DNA of 62,247 nt, counting the filler, from Basidiobolus meristosporus CBS 931.73 (Eukaryota > Fungi > Basidiobolomycota), in NCBI GenBank assembly GCA_002104905.1. It is 3 parts of 3 records of this genome, joined end to end, with 100 filler letters (N's around TTAATTAATTAA, not from the genome) between each part and the next. Parts side by side here need not be neighbours in the genome. Positions count along the whole stretch, not along the records: positions 1 to 28,393 come from MCFE01000883.1; 2 more parts are not named here. One strand, given 5' to 3'. Shown here in pieces: positions 11,449 to 22,799 of the stretch. Below the pieces are notes generated by a model. It saw only the letters and a list, made by a program, of their open reading frames with translations. It was not told the origin of the DNA and ran no database searches. Position numbers and translations under genes: made by a program. Every line of letters begins with the position of its first letter. The stretch's first letter is position 1.

Positions 11449-13950
11449 TGTTAACTGTTGCATAGAACTTACATCACAGAATGCCACCATTCAAAGGTAC
11501 TCAAGTTTTCAGGAGTCCACCACCATAGGAGGAAAACATTGTTGATACTCTGGACATATTCCTGCAATACCCCATCTAAGGAAGCTTATGCCATTAAAAA
11601 AATGTTGCAAAGCTATGTACTGCACTCAGTAACAATCAAGCGCAAACATTTACAATTTATTTGATTGCAAAAATTTCATACAACTAAGAAGCAACATCTA
11701 CCTTGAAGGTATATATGAAATGCCTTGGCCCTGACACTTGATGGATTCCCATTAAAAAAAGATTCTGCCTGCAAATCCTGCTGGCTACTGATTCTTATCA
11801 ACCTGAACTTGTTGCCTATCTTACAATATCAGAGCATAAGTGTGATGATGCTCTCACTGGTATCTGGACCTAAACTACCATCCAACTTGAGCAGCTACCT
11901 CTATCCATTGCTAGGTGAGTTTTGTAGGCTTTGCAGCAGAGTATTACTAAATGGCCATCATATCAGAGCATGTTCTTTTATCTTCATTGGAGATACCCTA
12001 GCCATCAGCAAGATAGCTGGCTTCTCTGGGCACAGTGAATGGTATGGCTGGCAAATGTGTAAGATCCCAGACATTTGATCTATAACTAACACAGATTACC
12101 AATATCCAAGCAACAACACTGAGTACATTTTCTTCTCCCAAGAAACCTTTCAGAAGTCAGTATGCAATTGCAGCAAAGTTTGCCTGCCATAAGCCATTAG
12201 CCAGAACATGGAATTAATCAGAAATCATAGATATTTGGGATAGATTGAATATATTGGAGCAAAAGCTTTCCACTGTGGTCAATGCCTTTGCTTACATCAA
12301 TATCACCATGACAATGACCAAGTTGTGCATTGGGCACTTCAAGCTGATTGAGCCCTCTGAGATATCAGTGAAATTTAAAAAAATTGGCAAAAAATGATAG
12401 AGTACTTGCTACCCAAACTACTTCTCACAGGTGCCAATATGTATTTATATACAACTACAGCAATACAAATACCAGGACTGGATGAGCTGATCATGTCTTT
12501 ATCAAAGTAGTCTTCTTAAGCCATTTTAGCCAAGAGTACATCAGAAGCATTGGCAGTCATATATTAGACTTGTTCCATTGTGCCATTGATCATAGTGCCA
12601 GAATGTGCTGTATATTTTGTTATAAATTTGATATTTTAGGGTCATATGCATGCCAATTTTGATCCCAAATTGGCACTGTATGGCACCATCTGGTATTCTG
12701 TGGCATGATCAGACACCATCTGGCATGATTAGGCACCATCTGGCATGTTATGGCACTATTGAGCACTATAATCAGCTGCAATGATGGAACAAGTCTATTG
12801 ACATTGTAAGAATATTGATCCAGAAGGGGATCATTGTTGACAACTTGATGCATCTACAGCATTTGTGCAAGGAGCTTGTGCCAGGATTTGAGTGGCTATA
12901 CCACAAGCATAAAGCTGAGCACATATATCTCAGCTACTACTGTATTCATTCTCCACCATATCATAGTTGGTATGTGGATAATACTTGACCTTGCTTCACC
13001 TTTTAGGAATTTCCTATGGAGCAGATTTGTAGGGAGATAGGAAGAAAAGTCAAGTAGCAGGTACTACCATACCCTAATCTCATCAAGAATATTACCTTCA
13101 AGTTCATTATGGACTTGATAAATTTGCACTTGGCAGACAGCCAGGAAATGTTGGAAATACTGAGGCAAATGTGCACATATAGACACCAATGCATTTGCCA
13201 TCAAAGTACTAGGCAACTACAATATATTGCTATTCAGCTAAGCACTGCACAGGAATTCACACAAACAAGAGCCAAAGTACACCTATAATGGGGACCAGAG
13301 TCCAGCAGATAGAAGGAATATGTTTGCTAAATACAAAAAAATTCTTTACCAATATTCAGGAGGTATTTATGACAAAATTGGTGGTAACCAGGCATATATT
13401 TGCAAAATGTGATTGTTACCAGCAATACAAGATATATGGTAACTTCCAAAATATCAAACTAAAAAGCTATAAGGTTAAGGTTATAGATGTGTGTCAATTG
13501 TAGCAGTTGTTCATGTATGCAGAGGTTAGTAAATAGTAGGCCATAGTTTTCAATGGTTTAGACAAAATGTGTAGTTCCCAAGATAATGGTGGGTAAGTTA
13601 ATCATGAGGGGTGATTTTACAGTGGAATATATGAATGGAGCAAGGGGAGGTAGAGGGAGAAAATATGGTTTTATTAAGTGGCTCAGTAGCATTTTACAGA
13701 ACTAGCTGTAGTCTGCCACACTGCTGTATATAATGCCTGCTTCTCCTCAGATAGGAGTAGAGCACATTAAGACCATCAGAATGCTGTGCAATTGATTTCA
13801 AAAGACCACTTGAGCATTGTCAAGCTTTCACCTTAGTTGGCAGTAAAAGCAGCCAAACAGCACCTCAATCCAAACATTAGAATGTGTAAATGGCCAATAA
13901 TGCCAAACTGCTGGCATTATGATGGACTCATTGTTGGATCCTAACAACTG
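11449..13950 (+). pseudogene. Decayed CACTA-like transposase, copy 2
   Basis: ORF 11725-12078, ALTLDGF...LILINLNL...SLVSGPKLPSNLSSYLYPLL...FIGDTLAISKIAGFSGH, follows the Transposase_21 motif order (DG, NLPP, GPKxP, DxPA, GH). Right boundary approximate. Confidence 0.7.
12566..12796. mobile_element. 231-bp PIF/Harbinger-related MITE, TSD ATT
   Basis: Termini AGACTTGTTCCAT...ATGGAACAAGTCT; ATT at 12563-12565 and 12797-12799. The homologous site in CACTA copy 1 (~5350-5370) is empty. Confidence 0.9.
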
Positions 13951-14269
13951 TTCTAGACTAGATCAACCTGGGTGACCATTTTATTTTTCACAAGGAGTGA
14001 GGGCATTGTTTGAGTAAGAAAATAGTGAATAGGACAATGCAGCAATAGCAAATCAGCACACATATATGGGAGGTGTTTGAGTGTTGGGATCAGAATGCAA
14101 GTGAATTTGCATTGAACAAATAAAAATCACTTAAGTATTGATGTGATGAAAAATTTGACCAGGCTTTTTGTAAACTATGGGGCCCAATGTTTTGTAAACA
14201 GTCTTTGCATGGTAGCTTAATGGCATCACTATCTTTGCAATTGGATATAAAATCTGTGATGGCATATTG

Positions 14270-14520
14270 ATGGGATTATCACAATTATTTTTCATTAGGA
14301 AGCTACAGAGATGGAGTACATGGCAGCCTGTGAGGCAGTAAGGTAATTATGCAATCAAGAAAGCTTTTCAAATATTTGGCATTAATTCAAAAAGCCCCTA
14401 TTGCATTGATTTGGGATAATTAATGCTGCATACAGTTGTGTAGAAAACCAACCTTTCATGCCGGAACTAAGAGCATAGATATTAGATATCACTCATATGT
14501 AAAGCTTTTGATTTCAGCTT
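14270..14520 (+). pseudogene. Copia RNase H remnant
   Basis: Decayed EYMAACEA...DN...FHAGTKSIDIRYH, similar to the F-family RNase H. Confidence 0.55.
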
Positions 14521-14897
14521 GGCCAACTTGACCCACCAGCTTATGGATAAAGTGATTGAAGATAGACTCACTAGGCCACAAGTAACAAATCATTTAAAAC
14601 ATCTCAGATCATAATAAGAATGATGTTTTGTGATTATTGGTCTGATTAGGAGTAAAGTACAAGCTGGTAATATCACCTAAATACATGTTGCAAGAGTTTG
14701 AAGATAGTAAAGATAACTGCAAGAGCTAGTATTTTGTATGGTTTTCATATGGGTTTGGTAAAGCAAAACTTATAATATACTTAGGGCAGCTCCAGTAACA
14801 TATTTACAAGTTTCTGGCTGTTTGGATTACTTTGAGAATTCTGTTCCGCTTGGTAACTGATGTTATGGTGAATATATTTAAGTGGATCACTGCAAAG

Positions 14898-15284
14898 TGT
14901 GGGTTATTACTGACTGTACTTGGTGAGTGGGAGAGCTTGTAGGTCAAGTCAGTACCACTTGGTTCAGAATAGCTTCCGATAGAAGGTAGCAAGGTAATAA
15001 AGACTTCTGTTTATTTCGTCCAAATCTTGTTGTTCTTCCTGGTTCAATTGGGTAGATATATATATTACTTGGGGGGGCTTAGACAATAGACAATGTGTTA
15101 TAAAATAGGGGTGTGAACACCTTCCTGTTATGGTAAGTGTTCTAACTAGATAAGGGCAGGGATAGGAGGGGAGGACGCGTGGGGGAATCATAGGGAGGGT
15201 ACTGGAGGACTTTGGGTAGGACTCTGGAGGGAACTCTTGGGAGAACTCTTGGGCAAAGAGTGGGTACTACATTGAGTACTCACA
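14898..15284 (-). repeat. Gypsy A 3' LTR
   Basis: Direct repeat of 22360-22746. Confidence 0.97.
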
Positions 15285-15328
15285 TATCCCGGGGGTTAAG
15301 TGGGAGCTTCGTCCTCGAAGTTCTTTGA

Positions 15329-17573
15329 CTAACTCGCTTCTCCAGGATTGATTTCGTTTACGGAGCATGGGGAGTCACCGTAGTACCATTGCTGGTTGTC
15401 ACTCGCGAGGGGATTGCGGGCGAGTACCTGATACCATTCGGCAGCAGAGTGGGGTGCGGCCTGTGTTGCTCGAGGGATGTTTTCCACAGAGCCAAATAGT
15501 TGGCAAACCATAGGGTTCTGGGTAAGTTCCTTGGGAGGGTTGGAGAACGAGAAAAGGTGCAATAGCGCGATAAACTCTTGCTACTTTATCTTGCAAACAT
15601 TATTGGGGCTTGTCCTTTTCGTGTTCAATATGACGGCGAGGGACCTTTTGAAGAGGGCGTACACTCGGTCAGCAGTCACCTGTTGTCAATAACAAGTTTT
15701 TGCTTCTTCTGAGACGTATTGTAGTTCTTCCGTAGAAACTGTGGCGCGATCAAGGTGCTTTTGTACTTGCCTCATGGTTTCTACAGAATCCGCTGTAGTG
15801 GGGTGACAGTGACACCCACTGACAGATGTGCTCATTCCCTTATTTTCTACTTCCCTATATCCCTACTACACTCATTTTAGTTTTATCCCATTTGTCTTAC
15901 CCAATCAGTACTATCCCATAAGCCGGTTGACTATCACACCTGCTTACCTTATTGCATAAGTTACCCCTCACTTTATGTAAGATTACTAGTTACAAGTGCT
16001 TCTATATTAGGCAAGTACCCGCGCCAGTACCCGTGACACATGATCAACCCGTGTCACCATCCCTACCATTTCCATACCATATATGGTATCCCCATGTTAC
16101 ACAGATTTCAGAATACCGATTCCTGATTGGTTGGATGTGCTGTGCCTCTTAGAACCTTCCGGCACCTACTTAGAACATTCTTAGGTCATTCTGATGTCAT
16201 TAAGATTTCTATTGAACTCCGGAACCTTCTGGAACACCATGATTAGTAATCACTTAGCCAGTGAGAAAAGTATATAAGGGAGGCTATCCCTCAACAATAA
16301 ATCATCATCCCTTTTATCAATATACCAACTTGTTAATTAGTGTGATCACTGCTACCTGCTGCTACCTGAACTTCCAACCCTAGACCACAGGACACTCCCA
16401 GGAAACCGCGCTGACAGCCAACTGACCTTGGAGGCACTACTTGTGAGGAATACTCAGAGTAGGTATCTTTTATTATATTTGATTCTTTCCCAAGTTTGTT
16501 CTTGTACAGGCAAAGATACTTTTCTGTCTTTGTAACTATTGACCAAAGCTGCATTCTTATCAAGTCCCTGCTGGCAGAGTTTACAGTTGTTTTGACTTTG
16601 GAAGCTTTAGTACATTGTCATCTCAAAGGACGCTGAACCCAGCACATACTTTTGTTAAGACGCCAACTAAGTTGGGGATTGTAGCTCAATAGTTTTCCCT
16701 TGACAAGCTTGTGGCTTTATTCCCCTTCACATTAGATTAGAGACAGAACCCAAGTATTCCTAGCAAGCTTTTGCCAGAGGTTATCGCACCCAGTGAACAC
16801 CCCACACACAAAACACTTGAGAAGTGTTGGACGTATCTCTCCCTTGGACCTATCCACCACCACACCGCGGCGGTTTCTTTGGCTTCTTGGAGTTGGACTT
16901 TGTACTGATTCCTGAGTTGTCCTATGGTAAACCACTGTAATAGTTGTAACACAGCAACTTGGTGGATTGCATGGGTTAACTGGCCAGTGTATTTAATCCG
17001 TTCGCGTATCTTCTCTAAGATGGTTCCTTCTTGGAAATGTGGTTCGAGATGTTCGCAAATTTCTCGGAGGAGTCCTTTGATCGGGAGTTCTACTTCTGGT
17101 GCTCTTGCAGCTTGTACCAGGTCTGCGTATACCTCAACAACCGTGGTACCTATTAATGGCAAGTATGCAACAAAACAGGGGGGCTCTTGAGGTCTCGTGA
17201 GGGCGCAACAGTTGATTCCTTGTGTCTTCTGTCTGACTGTGTCCAGTATGGATACAGGAATCAGCGCGGTGTCCTTCTCCTTAATGATCAAGGAACCTCC
17301 TCTTAGGTGGTACACGGTCTTCTCGGGTAGTATCTCCATGCTTTGTATCAGCGTGGGTAACTTGTCTTGTCCCTCTCTGATTGTGTCTCGAATTAGCGTG
17401 ACTGCTCCGGCAAACAACTCTTCATAGGTGGCTCTTGTCGTATGTAACGCTTGTACCATATCTCTTAACACTTGCAGGTCGGTTTCGTTTTCGATATCAT
17501 CTTGGTTCTTGCTAGTGGGAGGGGTATCGCCAGTTTTGGGTGAACTGTTTCCTTTGGCGCTTTCCATATGCAT
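15329..17573 (-). pseudogene. Extra ORF3 of Gypsy A, ~389 aa reconstructed, unknown function, interrupted by a solo LTR
   Basis: Removing 15794-16864 plus one CCGC joins ...EAKETAA to DSVETMRQ... in frame. The frame then runs into ORF 15329-15562 through only one TGA and one TAG. Confidence 0.8.
15794..16864 (+). mobile_element. Solo family B LTR (1071 bp), 4-bp TSD CCGC
   Basis: TGTAGTGG...CCACCACA; CCGC at 15790-15793 and 16865-16868; retains more CpG than the other B copies. Confidence 0.92.
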
Positions 17574-17702
17574 TCTTTTGTTCTCCCCTTTGGGCAAACT
17601 CCCTCGCGCATATTATTTGTACCTATATTGACTAAAATCTCCTCTAATAAACTTTGACTGTATCCCGTGTCTTCCTCTATCCTTGTCCTGATAATTGTTT
17701 AA

Positions 17703-20700
17703 TCACACTTCGGTCTCAGTGATGATTGGTGGATCATCATGAAACGGTTTCAGATGGGCTGGCGCTACGTTGCTGATTGTCTTATTATTCAGGGTGATGG
17801 TGTACTTTGGTCCGTGGTCCAAACTGATAACGTTGCATGGGCCAATCCATCGGGGTGTAAATTGTGGGCAGAACTTGAGGCCTGCAACAGTTTGGTCATA
17901 CCACACCTTATTGCCTGGTTTCCACTTTTGTCTTGTTAGTTTCTCATTTTTGGGTGGAGGGGGAAGGTGCTTGTCGACATTTTCAAATACTTGTATGTAT
18001 AGGTGGGCGATACGGTGTATCAACCTTTCTATATAGTTGTTATGTGTTGTCAGGGGGACACCTTCCATTGTCAATCCAGCTTCCTCCCACCACTTGGGTC
18101 TTTGTCCATATAGGATTTCATATGGGGAGAAACCCGTCGTTTTATTTGGTGTGGTGCGCATTGCTAGGAGTGTCAGTGGGAGCAGCTCGGCCCATGATTG
18201 GGGAAGTTCCCAGTGAAGCTTCTCCAGTATGCGGCAACACGTCTGGTTCATCCTCTTGGTTAATCCGTTAGTCTGGGGGTGATACGTGGCCGTGAAGACT
18301 TGTTTCACGCCCATCATTTTGTACAGGTGGGCCACGGTGTTGTTCAGGAAGGAACCACCATTGTTGGACAGGAGTATCTGAGGATATCCGTGTCGGCAGA
18401 TGAGGTGTTCTAGAATGAATTGGGCGGTTGTCTTCTGATCTTTATTGCGGACGGCTTGGGCTTCTACCCACTTTGAGAAATAATTGGTAACAATTATTAT
18501 GTATCGTTCTCCTTTCTTTGTTTTCATAAAGGGGCCAACAAAGTCAATCCCTACTCGGTGGAAGGGCAGGTCAACCGGTATTGGTGCGGTTGTCCCTATC
18601 TTCTGACTCCGGTTGAATCTTTCGCAAGTGGTGCATCTTTGTAATGTATTTGTAACGTTGGTCATCATTTTTCGCCAATAAAACGTTTTTCTTAACATCT
18701 TATATGTTGTCAGGGGGTTAGCGTGTCCTAATGACATATGTCTTTCTTGTATGATTTCTTCACGGGCTGCTAGTGGGGGTACCTTGGCTCTGGACTGTCC
18801 TTGGAGGAACCATAGTTGATTTTCTTGTACTTTGTACTGACACCATTTCCTTTGAAATTCTCTCTTCTGTTTGTTTGTAACAATGTGTTTGGGATACCTC
18901 CCTTTCTTTTTAAAGCAGATTACGACCTTGTACTCATCACTGACACGTATTTGGCAAACGGGATAGAGACTGAGGAAGTCTGCGTCCTGGTGTTTCTTGC
19001 CAGCGTGGTGAATTATTTCAAAGTTGTATTGCTGTAGTCATAGGGCCCAACATGCTAGTCGGCCGGTAAAGTCATTAGTTTTCATCAGCCAGACCAGTGC
19101 ACTGTGGTCCGTTACTATTGTGAATTGGCGACCATGTATGTATGTATGGAATTGTTTAATTGAATAAACAACAGCCAGATGTTCTATCTTGGTAACGGGG
19201 TAGTGGCGTTTGTGTTTGTTTAGCAAACGGCTCACGTAACCAATTGGGTGGGATTTGCCGGGTTGGTGGTATTGTCCCAGTACGGCGCCTATACAGGTGA
19301 GGCTTCCATCACAGTTAATAAAAAATCTTGCATCCCAATTGGGAAATTGTAACACTGGCGGTGACGTCAGGGAATGTTTCAGCTGATCAAATGCTCTCTT
19401 TTGAGGCTCCAACCATACAAAACACTGGCCCTTTTGCGTCAATTCATATAGGGGGGCTGCTATCGTCGCGAAGTTTTTGACAAAGCGGCGATAGTAGCCG
19501 GCTAATCCTAGGAATCCCAACACTGCATTAATGTCCTTTGGTGCAGGTGCATTTTGAACGGCTTTCAGGAGTGACGTAGATGGGTATATTCCATCTGCCG
19601 AGATCTTGTGGCCCAGGAACACCAATTTTGTATACAGGAAATGGCACTTCTTGGGATGTAGTTTGAGTTGGTTCTCGAGGAGGGATGTCAGGATACATTG
19701 CACGTCGTGTATATGTTCTTCTACATTGGGGGAATATATCGTGATGTTGTCCAGATACACAAGGGCGCATTCCCATCGTAGATTTCCTAGCACCTTGTCA
19801 ATCATCCTTTGGAACGTAGCGGGGGCATTGCACAAGCCAAAGGGTAGTTGGTTCCATTTGTATAATCCAAACAATGTTATAAAAGCGGTTTTGGGTCAAT
19901 CTTCTGGGGCTACTTTTACTTGCCAATACCCGGAGATTAAGTCAAGAGAGCTAAAATATTTAGCTCCGATTAATCTGTCCAAGAGGTTGTCTATTTGCGG
20001 TAGCGGATACACGTCCTTCCGGGTGACGGCGTTCAATTTCCGGTAGTCGATGCAAAAGTGTCGCTTTCCGTCTTTCTTTGGGACTATCACTACGGGGGAG
20101 GCCCACGGAAACTGGCTCTCTGTAATGATGTCGTCTTTCAATAAAGTTTCAATTGTCTCTTTGATATAGTCTGTGTCAATTTTCAAATTCCTATAGGCTT
20201 TTTGCTTGATGGGGTATTTGTTGGCAAGGTGGATTTGGTGATATACCCCAGGTATATGACCAATTACTTGGTTCTTAGAGAATACTCGGGCAAGCGGACG
20301 TATTCCTTCTAGGAATTTGTCTTGTAACGTAGGCGGTAGACCAGGGTCCACATCTAGTTTGGGGAGTTCTTCTTCTGGTTCTTTGTTTGGAGGTGGTCCT
20401 TGGTCGTTTCTGTCAACTTCCTCTAAGTTTAACAATGGCACTCCTCTAGGCAATGTCACCATGTGTTGCCCGTTGTTAACCACTAAGCATTTCAGGCTTT
20501 GCGTTTCAAATTTTGGTGGTATCCATACTTTAGGGATTGAGATTCCTTCCAGTTGCTTGGATGCTTTTGCTGCGGTTATCATTCTTCCGCTTGTTGAATA
20601 AGCTATTGGTGTTTCTAATGAGATCACCGTCTCACTGGCAGGTGGTATTTTTATCACCTTTTGTGTGATGATCGGAGACTGCAACGGTTTCACCTCTTCA

Positions 20701-21545
20701 ATTGTCACACTGTTGCTACGCGCCTTGCTCTCATTGGTGATATGAATCAGTGGGATACTCTTGGTATCCCACCTGAGTTCAGATGCACTGTAAAGTATAT
20801 CCATCTTATGTTGGATAAACCAACTCTCGCCAATGAGTAAGCCATTGGCTGCAACGGGTAGGACCACGACATCTTGGCGTATTATCAAGTTGCCTAGCCA
20901 AATAGGGCAATTAGGCACCACACCTATCGTTGTATCCAGTTGGTCATTTGCTAGCCGTACTCAAATGGTGTTGTTGGGGACTATATTTAGTTTTAGACGT
21001 TTTGCTAATGACTCTGACATGATCAACGTAGAGGATCCTGTGTTGATAAGGGCAAGAATCTCCTTATTCTCTATATGTACCCTTACGTATGTACCTTTAT
21101 TTGGTTTTTGCAGGACCGTCTGGTTGACATGGAGGGTTGTTATCTCCTTCAATCCCTCTATCAGTTCCTTGACTAGAGCCGGGGCCAGTCCCAGTAAATT
21201 GGTTATTGGGAGGGTTGCCTTGGTTTGCTCTAGTACCTTCATTATGGGGAATAGGCCATGGGAAGACGTGCTAGCGTTCTTCGTTCGCTTTAACACTTCT
21301 TCCCAAGGTTCATTCCGTACTTCTTCACCTAATTCCACGCTCTTTCCTTTTGACGGAACCTCTACTACAGGTTCCTTTGCCTCCTCTCTAGAAGCATCAT
21401 GTCAACGCTTCTTCTTCCGCACTTTGATTGTCCTGACCGGAGGGCTTAGATTGACTGAGTCCCGTTGGCCTCCTGGCAAGGGACTCTGTCTTTTGACGCC
21501 TTCTTCTCTTTTGTGTCCAGTATGGCTTCTCTTCCGTACCGTTTT
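17703..21545 (-). pseudogene. pol: Gypsy A pol (protease, RT, RNase H, integrase; no chromodomain)
   Basis: One reading frame broken only by four TGA codons (21402, 20961, 19896, 19038). Motifs ALINTGSS, FCIDYRKLN, LDLISGYWQ, YLDN, TDHSAL, H-H-C-C, GIDFVGP. Confidence 0.95.
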
Positions 21546-22318
21546 TCACATTCATGGGCCCGGTGACCTACTTCTCCACACACATAACACGGATACTGTT
21601 GTCGCGGTTGTTCCATCTGTTGGGTCAGGACTTGAACCTGGGCCTTTAGATCTACAACAGCTTCCCAGAGTTTATCACCTTCTTTAGGGACTTCTTGGAT
21701 ATTGTTGATCGAGAGTTCTTGGACCTTTTGCCGTAATTCCTCTAACTCACGGTCTTTTGGGGAGGCAATTTTTCTTTTCTTACGGGGGATCCCTGTCCTT
21801 CGATCATTCGTATCACTATAGGGTAGCCCCCATAGCAAGATGACCCCTTGTACTCGTTCAACCAACTCTTGCAACGTTTTACATCCCTGTTGTTCTTTGG
21901 ACGCCCTACGTCTTATTTTGTCATCTAAGCCCATGATGTAATACCTCATGAGCTGTTGTTCGGCGATTTTGTCCTTTGGGAGACATTGAACTCGTTGGAG
22001 AAACAGTTCAGTGTAGGCTTCATAGCTTTCACTGCTTTTCTTCCGCAAGGACAGTAGAAGGGCTTTGTAGTGGTATCCTTTGGCATATAGAAAGCGTGTC
22101 TTGTAGGCTTCTTCTAGTGCATCCCAGTCATCTTTGACTGCGTCTTCCAACCCATAATGCCATTGCCATGCTGACCCTTCCATATGTCTTGCAAACTCTC
22201 TTACTTTCTTATTGTCATCCCATCCAGCATCAACCGCAACTCTCTCAAACTTATCAAACCACTCAAGGGCTTTCTCTCTTGTTCCCTTGTATGTTTTTAG
22301 TTTGATTGTAGTAGTCAT
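21446..22318 (-). CDS. gag: Gypsy A Gag, 290 aa, with CCHC zinc knuckle
   Basis: Intact ORF starting 41 nt after the 5' LTR; CYVCGEVGHRAHEC. Confidence 0.9.
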   Translation of the reverse strand: MTTTIKLKTYKGTREKALEWFDKFERVAVDAGWDDNKKVREFARHMEGSAWQWHYGLEDAVKDDWDALEEAYKTRFLYAKGYHYKALLLSLRKKSSESYEAYTELFLQRVQCLPKDKIAEQQLMRYYIMGLDDKIRRRASKEQQGCKTLQELVERVQGVILLWGLPYSDTNDRRTGIPRKKRKIASPKDRELEELRQKVQELSINNIQEVPKEGDKLWEAVVDLKAQVQVLTQQMEQPRQQYPCYVCGEVGHRAHECEKRYGREAILDTKEKKASKDRVPCQEANGTQSI

Positions 22319-22337
22319 TACCTCACTTGTGCTTATT

Positions 22338-22355
22338 TCCGCAGAGACGGCACCA
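22338..22355 (-). promoter_or_regulatory. PBS, probably tRNA-His
   Basis: TGGTGCCGTCTCTGCGGA lies 4 nt after the 5' LTR; complementary to a tRNA ending -AGACGGCACCA. Confidence 0.65.
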
Positions 22356-22359
22356 AATA

Positions 22360-22746
22360 TGTGGGTTGTTACTGACTGTACTTGGTAAGTGGGAGAGCTT
22401 GTAGGTCAAGTCAGTACCACTTGGTTCAGAATAGCTTCCAATAGAAGGTAGCAAGGTAATAAAGACTTCTGTTTATTTCGTCCAAATCTCATTGTTCTTC
22501 CTGGTTCAATTGGGTAGATATATATATCACTTGGGGGGGCTTAGACAATAGACAATGTGTTATAAAATAGGGGTGTGAACACCTTCCTGTTATGGTAAGT
22601 GTTCTAACTAGATAAGGGCAGGGATAGGAGGGGAGGACGCGTGGGGGAATCATAGGGAGGGTACTGGAGGACTTTGGGTAGGACTCTGGAGGGAACTCTT
22701 GGGAGAACTCTTGGGCAAAGAGTGGGTACTACATTGAGTACTCACA
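22360..22746 (-). repeat. Gypsy A 5' LTR
   Basis: Adjacent to the PBS; direct repeat of 14898-15284. Confidence 0.97.
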
Positions 22747-22799
22747 CAAAGAACTTGCTCAGAGTTTTCCAAGAGTTGTATGTATTGACACAAGTGACT

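Larger units (their letters stand above)
14898..22746 (-). mobile_element. Full-length young Ty3/Gypsy element (family A) with three ORFs
   Basis: 387-bp TG...CA LTRs with 6 mismatches; 5-bp TSD CAAAG at 14893-14897 and 22747-22751; PBS; gag; pol in PR-RT-RH-IN order. Confidence 0.97.

Noticed and set aside
12600-12770. CRISPR-like array from repeated GGCAC/ATCTGGCA motifs
   Set aside because: Short, irregularly spaced subterminal motifs inside a TIR-bounded MITE; no cas genes; eukaryotic context.
14020-14030. TAGTG as a CACTA terminus
   Set aside because: A 5-bp match with no partner end or TSD is expected by chance.
15329-17573. ORF3 as a retroviral-type env
   Set aside because: No signal peptide, hydrophobic transmembrane segment or basic cleavage site. 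The hydrophobic tail in the ORF track (VWWWIG...LGILGFCL) comes from the inserted LTR.
17703-17800. Chromodomain at the end of Gypsy A integrase
   Set aside because: Pol stops about 11 residues after HLKPF, leaving no room for one.
20833-21687. 284-aa plus-strand ORF
   Set aside because: Antisense shadow of gag/pol with no recognisable motif.
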